Shown one piece after another: positions 58,070 through 64,000 of a stretch of 64,000 nucleotides of DNA; position 1 is the first letter of the stretch, and each line of letters begins with the position of its first letter. Origin of the DNA: Candidatus Bathyarchaeia archaeon (GTDB lineage Archaea > Thermoproteota > Bathyarchaeia > Bathyarchaeales > Bathycorpusculaceae); the NCBI GenBank assembly GCA_049515895.1, contig JBEKTQ010000002.1, positions 32,001 through 96,000 on the forward strand, read 5' to 3'. Below the pieces are notes generated by a model. That model saw only the letters and a program-made list of their open reading frames with translations. It ran no database searches and had not been told where the DNA came from. The position numbers were made by a program, and so were the translations under genes.

Positions 58070-58348
58070 CTAATAAACAACTTTGAAATTTTGAAATTCA
58101 CTTGCAAACTTCGCGAATTCTACCTCAACGTTCGTTATCTGAGCGCCCCATGGTCCTTTCTTGCAGAAATCTATCAAGGCTTTTACATCGTTTTCTCCGC
58201 CTTCAAAAACCGCTTCCACCCTGCCATCATCCAAGTTGCGGACCCACCCATTTACCCCATGGTTTTCTGCCTGCTGCTTGGTTTCTTGCCTAAAGAACAC
58301 TCCTTGGACAACGCCGCTGACAAAAACATGCGCTCGAAGTTTAGCCAT
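58070..58348 (-). CDS. acyP: Acylphosphatase
   Basis: SGVVQGVFFR; GWVRNLDDG. Confidence 0.95.
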   Translation of the reverse strand: MAKLRAHVFVSGVVQGVFFRQETKQQAENHGVNGWVRNLDDGRVEAVFEGGENDVKALIDFCKKGPWGAQITNVEVEFAKFASEFQNFKVVY

Positions 58349-58421
58349 TATTCTTTCTCGGCAGATATTGGGTTGCTCAAGTCTAAAAATCTATTTAAGA
58401 AAAAAAGAAGAAGACAGTATT

Positions 58422-58880
58422 TTACCATGCTTTGATTTTTTCGCCCACAGTATATAAGAAAAGGCTAGCTGAAGCTGGGCCCAAATGTTTGAATTTGCTT
58501 GTTAAATCTTTCACGACCGCATCGTAATTTTTGGATTTGTCTAAGCTATCCAAGTATGCCTGGAAGGAGCCGAATCGTTCTTTTATCGCTTTGAATCCTC
58601 GGGCGTTATATATGATTGCTTCAACTTTGGACCGATTTCGCACGATTCCTTCGTCCTTCAATAGCCGTTCAACGTCTGCAGGTGTGAAGCATGCAACTTC
58701 ATTTATGCTAAAGTTCGCGAAAGCTTTTCGGGTCGTTTGCCACTTGTTGTCGATTACGTGCCAGTTTAAGCCTTCTTGAAAAATCACTCGGCACATGTTC
58801 TCAAAATATGTTTCGTCGTTGGCTGGGCGATTTTCTTTGCACCACCATTCAGGCATCTGCCAATGATGTTCTTCCATCAA
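58422..58880 (-). CDS. tag: DNA-3-methyladenine glycosylase I family
   Basis: FQEGLNW; GIVRNRSK; FKHLGP. Confidence 0.85.
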   Translation of the reverse strand: MMEEHHWQMPEWWCKENRPANDETYFENMCRVIFQEGLNWHVIDNKWQTTRKAFANFSINEVACFTPADVERLLKDEGIVRNRSKVEAIIYNARGFKAIKERFGSFQAYLDSLDKSKNYDAVVKDLTSKFKHLGPASASLFLYTVGEKIKAW

Positions 58881-58894
58881 AATGACTCCTTAGG

Positions 58895-59335
58895 CTACTT
58901 CCATTCCCAGACTGTGATGTTGGTCTCCATCCACATTGGGTCAAGCGCTTCAAACGTGACGAGTGCAACTACATCGTTTACCCAAGCAAGTTTCTCAGAC
59001 ATTGTCATAAAGCTCCACAAGCCGACGGCTGTTGGTTTAGCACCTGGAGCGGGCATCTTCATGAGGTCAAAGCCTTTGACGACGCACATGTCACCGGTCA
59101 TAGTCATCAATATTCCTTGATCTTTCGCTGCTGAAATGCCCTTAGGCGGAGCCATCATTTTGGCTGTCACATGCAAGTTGCCGTCCACCCCTTTCGCTTT
59201 GCCCATACCTTTCATGTTAGCAGACCACGAATACATCGAAACAACGCCTTCCATCCCAACGGATTTTATGAAGCCCGGCCCATCGCTTTTGCCTTTGCCT
59301 TCCCATAGTTTTTCGCCAATAACCATTATTTTCAC
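58895..59335 (-). CDS. Hypothetical Met/Gly-rich beta protein
   Basis: Clean 146-aa ORF; GAGGTGA SD near the start. Confidence 0.7.
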   Translation of the reverse strand: MKIMVIGEKLWEGKGKSDGPGFIKSVGMEGVVSMYSWSANMKGMGKAKGVDGNLHVTAKMMAPPKGISAAKDQGILMTMTGDMCVVKGFDLMKMPAPGAKPTAVGLWSFMTMSEKLAWVNDVVALVTFEALDPMWMETNITVWEWK

Positions 59336-59504
59336 CTCACACTAAGATTGGAACTTTTCCTTGCCATTTAAGCGAATGTTGGTGTATCTTCACAACAACA
59401 ATTAGTAAGCCTTCACTTTCAGTCACCCCTCCCATTACCTGAACAGTCGCTTCAAGGCCTGCTTTAAAAGGAAATTTGGGAGATTTGGTGTTGGCGAATG
59501 TGTC

Positions 59505-59843
59505 ATGTTCAAAGAGAACAACGGGAAGCTGATGATTTACACCTCAAAAGGCGATCCACACCGGAAGCGATTGGAGTCAGTTAGAACTGCCACACAGCAA
59601 ACAGCTAAACGGTTAAACCTAAACTTCGAAATAAAAAAGCTCCATGGGAGCGCAACGCCGATCTACGTTTACTATGAAGACGACAGTGACGACGACCCTA
59701 TTCCGCTTTACTGTGACGAAGGAAAAACATCGGGTTTAGACGAGATAAGCTCGGCACTTAGAAGCATGATGTTTGTTTTATCCTTTCACCCTAAGCATGC
59801 TGCACTACAGCAGATGAGAAAGGAAATTCTTAAATTTTCCTAA
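59505..59843 (+). CDS. Hypothetical protein
   Basis: 112-aa ORF from ATG, with a TATA-like element upstream. Confidence 0.65.
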   Translation: MFKENNGKLMIYTSKGDPHRKRLESVRTATQQTAKRLNLNFEIKKLHGSATPIYVYYEDDSDDDPIPLYCDEGKTSGLDEISSALRSMMFVLSFHPKHAALQQMRKEILKFS

Positions 59844-60153
59844 AGCAAATTGCTTGGTTTTGCAGTACGACCTCGTAGACTTGGTTTACGTCGAAGTTTA
59901 TTCCCAAACTGTCGTATTCCTGCTCAGTTAGGAACAGAATGATTTTCGGCGTTGCAAGCTGGGTTTTCTGCGGCAGGAAGGGCATTTGTTGTTGTAGCGC
60001 TTGCATGATATCCTGCGCCATTTTTGCCTCGTCCGACTGAGGTCTTAGCACGTACGGGTTGACTTCTCGCTCTTCCAACAGTTCAATCCTTTTTCCAAGG
60101 TTGCCGTCCAGGTCACGATTCGACTCAATTTTGCTAACTCTTACGCGGAACAT
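59830..60153 (-). CDS. Arcadin-1 homolog
   Basis: V.KI....D..G....RIEL.EE...PKIILFLTEQEY..LG..FDVNQVYEV.L pattern, similar to Pyrobaculum arcadin-1 as I recall it. Confidence 0.7.
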   Translation of the reverse strand: MFRVRVSKIESNRDLDGNLGKRIELLEEREVNPYVLRPQSDEAKMAQDIMQALQQQMPFLPQKTQLATPKIILFLTEQEYDSLGINFDVNQVYEVVLQNQAICFRKI

Positions 60154-60239
60154 TCAGGTCACTCTAAGTTAGCAAATATTACGTAACACACATTTAATTG
60201 TTTACGCCAACAGCATCGCAGTTCCCCTATCAAGAACTA

Positions 60240-60830
60240 CTAGGGCTCATGGGAAGAACCGCTGTAAGTTTGTTTTTTGATTTCTCTTAGTCGATTGTCA
60301 ATCTTTCTAAGCCTATCCTTCATCGACTTAATCAATTCATACGTGTGTTGACGCTCATGCTCAAGATGTTTGAGATTTTCCTCACTGTTGGGATCATCCT
60401 CGTGGAAAGGAGTGAAAAAGGAAGGAAGGTTCGGCATCGAATCGGTTATGTTCTCGATATTGAGGACGTCTCTCGCGAATTCCCGAAAAAGATTGCCGAT
60501 ATTATTTGAGATTTCAGCCTGCTTCACGATTGCCCGTCGAAGAATAAGTTCGCCCGATTTTGTGATTTTATAAACTTTGAGCCTGCGGTTTTTTTGGGTT
60601 TGCCATTGACCCTTAATGTACCCACACTCTTCTAAATCCCGCAGAATTGGATAGACGCCGCCTGGCGTTGGCTGCCAGAAGCCTCGAGTGCGGCCGTTGA
60701 TCTCCTTCATTATTTCGTATCCGTGGGCTGGTTTCTTGTTGAGTAGAATAAGAACTCCCATGCGAATGTAGCCTTTCTGCGCTTCTTTCAGCCAGTTTTC
60801 AGTTGTCTTTTCTTCAGTTTCCGAGGTCAT
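60240..60830 (-). CDS. PadR family transcriptional regulator
   Basis: PAHGYEIMK; PGGVYPILRDLE; YKITKSG. Confidence 0.93.
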   Translation of the reverse strand: MTSETEEKTTENWLKEAQKGYIRMGVLILLNKKPAHGYEIMKEINGRTRGFWQPTPGGVYPILRDLEECGYIKGQWQTQKNRRLKVYKITKSGELILRRAIVKQAEISNNIGNLFREFARDVLNIENITDSMPNLPSFFTPFHEDDPNSEENLKHLEHERQHTYELIKSMKDRLRKIDNRLREIKKQTYSGSSHEP

Positions 60831-60876
60831 TATTTTTCGAATCTATACTATACTTGGGTAATACTTATATTTTATC

Positions 60877-60903
60877 GCAATATATTGCAATGAATAATAT
60901 TCA
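60877..60903. promoter_or_regulatory. Two adjacent palindromes (candidate PadR operators)
   Basis: GCAATATATTGC (60877-60888) and TGAATAATATTCA (60891-60903), between padR and the ABC operon. Confidence 0.5.
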
Positions 60904-60921
60904 AACATAGAGGTCAACAAA

Positions 60922-61938
60922 ATGGCAACCGACTCAATAATTGAGGTCAAGAGCCTTACAAAAATGTTCGGCAAATTCACAGCCTTAGACAACATATCTT
61001 TCGACGTCAAAAAAGGCGAAATCTTCGGTTTGCTCGGACCTAACGGGGCAGGCAAAAGCACCACTCTGCGTCTACTCTCAACCTTAGCGCGCCCAACCAG
61101 TGGAACCGCGACCATAGGCGGCTTCGATATTGTTAAAGAAGACACTGAAGTGCGCAAGCTTATCGGCATCGTCTCCGAGAAAATGATAATGTACAACCGC
61201 TTAACCGCCAGAGAGAACCTTTGGTTTTTCGGCAGCCTCTTCAACATTCCAAAAGATATCTTATCCAAACGAATCGATGAACTTCTCAATCTGGTTCAGC
61301 TGACCCAGTGGAAAAACGCTCAAGTAGGCACTTTTTCAACAGGCATGCGCCAAAGAATGAACGTGGTTCGAGCTTTACTAAACACTCCTCAGGTGCTGTT
61401 TTTGGACGAGCCCACACTAGGTTTAGATCCTCAATCGTCGGTTGAAATCAGGGAGTTCATCCGGAAGCTAAACCGGGAGAACGGCACAACCGTCATCATA
61501 ACCACTCACATGATGGTTGATGCTGACTTACTATGCGACCGCATAGCCATTGTTGACCACGGAAAAATAGTAGCATTAGACACTTCAGCTAATTTGAAAA
61601 AACTTGTTTCAGGAACGGATACAACCATAATGAAACTTATCATCCCCAATCTCTCGTCTGTCCTAATTGAAAAACTTCAAGCGCTTCAATGTGCAGACGC
61701 AGTCACTCAAGAAAACCAGACAGAACTTAAAATTTTGGGTCATGGGAAAGACGCGTTTGATAATATTATTGATACTATACGAGAGAACCGCGGAAACATC
61801 AGTTCTATGGAAAACCTTCAACCAACCCTTGAAAATGTGTTCCTTCACATTACAGGTCATCAAGTACGCGACAGCGCAGACCAAAAAATTCCATCTGAGC
61901 ATAAGCGTTTTGGTGCACCCCAAAGGAGAATCAGGTGA
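60922..61938 (+). CDS. ABC transporter ATP-binding protein (DrrA-like)
   Basis: GPNGAGKS; FSTGM; LDEPTLGLDP; TTH. Confidence 0.95.
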   Translation: MATDSIIEVKSLTKMFGKFTALDNISFDVKKGEIFGLLGPNGAGKSTTLRLLSTLARPTSGTATIGGFDIVKEDTEVRKLIGIVSEKMIMYNRLTARENLWFFGSLFNIPKDILSKRIDELLNLVQLTQWKNAQVGTFSTGMRQRMNVVRALLNTPQVLFLDEPTLGLDPQSSVEIREFIRKLNRENGTTVIITTHMMVDADLLCDRIAIVDHGKIVALDTSANLKKLVSGTDTTIMKLIIPNLSSVLIEKLQALQCADAVTQENQTELKILGHGKDAFDNIIDTIRENRGNISSMENLQPTLENVFLHITGHQVRDSADQKIPSEHKRFGAPQRRIR

Positions 61939-63130
61939 GTAACATGACCGCGAAAACTCTATTTTCACACACTATGCGAATTGCCTGGAAAGACCTAACT
62001 GAACTATTTAGAAACCGATTAGGTTTAGTTCTGCTTATCGTGATGCCTCTGTTCATGATGGTTATGGTTGGATTCATCTATCCATCCAATAGTGATGCAC
62101 CAAGTAACTTGCCAATTGGAGTGGTTAATCAGGATTTAGGCTTCAATAACTCCATGATTCCAAGCCAAACCTTTGTGATGACACTGCAGACTATTAACAA
62201 CAAAAGTGGCGCGTTGAAGCTCACTAACGAGACGAACGTAAGTGCTGTTACCGATTTAATTCAAAGAGGCGAACTTAACGGCGCTATAGTGATTCCCAGC
62301 AACTTTAGCCAATGTGTGACAGCGGTCAACAGGGGACCATAATCATCCTTACCGACCAATCTAATCCTCAGATGGCTGCAACAGTCCATGGGACAGCAAC
62401 AGCAGTAATAGATCTGATGGGCACAATGCGTGCTCAACAAACCCTTCAGGCAATGAATCCAACACTTAACGCAACAAATGCCTTAGCCATAGTTCAACCT
62501 TACTCTATTCCAGTTCCTACAAACTCGAATTACTTCACTTTCATTGCTCCAGGCATAATGGCTATGACTGTTATGATGAGTGTCATGACGGGACTACCAG
62601 TTGCTATTTCTCAGGAAAAAGAGGTTGGCACGATGGACGGCATGATGGTTGCGCCAATTAACAGGCTGTCAATAATCTTGGGTAAGACTGTCGGGCAAAC
62701 TGCCAGAGGCCTAATTCAGGGAGTTATCATATTGTTGTTGGCTGTAGGCATCTTTGGAGTAGCAATAGAAGGAAGCATAATCCTCGTATTTGCACTGTTG
62801 CTTCTGGGTGTGTTCTCCTTTGTCGGCTTAGGCATAGTAATTACATCCTTTACAAAAGACCAAGAAACTGCACAGATGCTCATGATGACACTGATGTTTC
62901 CAATGATGTTTCTCAGCGGCGTCTTCTTTCCCATCCAGCAAATGCCATGGTTCATGCAAGACATCTCAAAGGCCCTACCATTAACCTACGCATCCGACGC
63001 GCTCAGAAAAGTCATGGTACTAGGCGCTGGAGTTCCAGCCATATCCACTGACATTATCGTGCTCATAGCATTTGGGGCAATCATGATAGCTATTGCAGTG
63101 CCAGTGTTTAGAAAAATGATGACGCACTAA
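61935..63130 (+). pseudogene. ABC-2 type permease split by a single-base frameshift at about 62320
   Basis: The N-half (61935-62342) and C-half (62312-63130) join as QCVTSGQQGT if one A is restored in gtgacagc. Confidence 0.75.
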
Positions 63131-63387
63131 GAGAGCAGGGATGGAAAATTTGAGTACACTTTGCTCTAGATGCCCATTCTTTCAACTTGCTCCCCTGATA
63201 AGGCGCAAAAACGCACGCAAAAGATGTCGCATTGAACCGCAAAGACAACTGCGTATCTATGAATGCAAAGACTATCCTAAAAAAGACTTTTTTGGCAGAT
63301 TAAAGTGAGTCATTTTACACTTTACATCTTCATTGATGACTAATTTAGATAATAGTCCCGTTACGGTTTTATATTCTGTAGGAGTAA

Positions 63388-64000
<613 letters not shown>

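Noticed and set aside
37320-63254. Shared 13-mer AAGACAACTGCGT in two intergenic regions (about 37320 and 63242)
   Set aside because: Exact 13-mer matches are expected by chance in 64 kb and the flanks do not align.

Overview
A gene-dense archaeal chromosomal segment, most consistent with Bathyarchaeia/TACK (TFE-beta/RPC34-like factor, arcadin-1, KEOPS genes, archaeal EF-1beta, FEN1, CDC48; the taxonomy is inferred from gene content). It has three parts. (i) 1-8.6 kb: accessory surface and modification genes, including a beta-propeller/GT39 fusion, a B12-binding radical SAM enzyme and two frameshifted small genes. (ii) About 8.8-29.4 kb: a dense stress-survival island. It starts with three tandem GsiB/Em-like (LEA group 1, KGG) hydrophilin genes, a DUF2795 gene and a decayed fourth hydrophilin copy. 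It continues with flavodoxin, a ferritin-like protein, two divergent Cys-rich HTH regulators flanking a twin palindrome, HtrA, peroxiredoxin, Nth, a disulfide reductase-glutaredoxin-ferredoxin:disulfide reductase cluster, an orphan AEP primase, a Sulfolobus-type zinc ferredoxin, a double-Alba-like protein, SOD, rubrerythrin, FprA, OsmC, PDO, CopA, parvulin and an unannotated ferredoxin. (iii) 29.4-64 kb: mostly housekeeping genes, plus a ribophorin-I-like protein, a Thr1-less proteasome beta subunit, an orphan arcadin-1, a frameshifted ABC permease and the 5' part of proS. I found no rRNA, tRNA, CRISPR array or transposase. All family calls come from reading motifs by eye, not from database searches.
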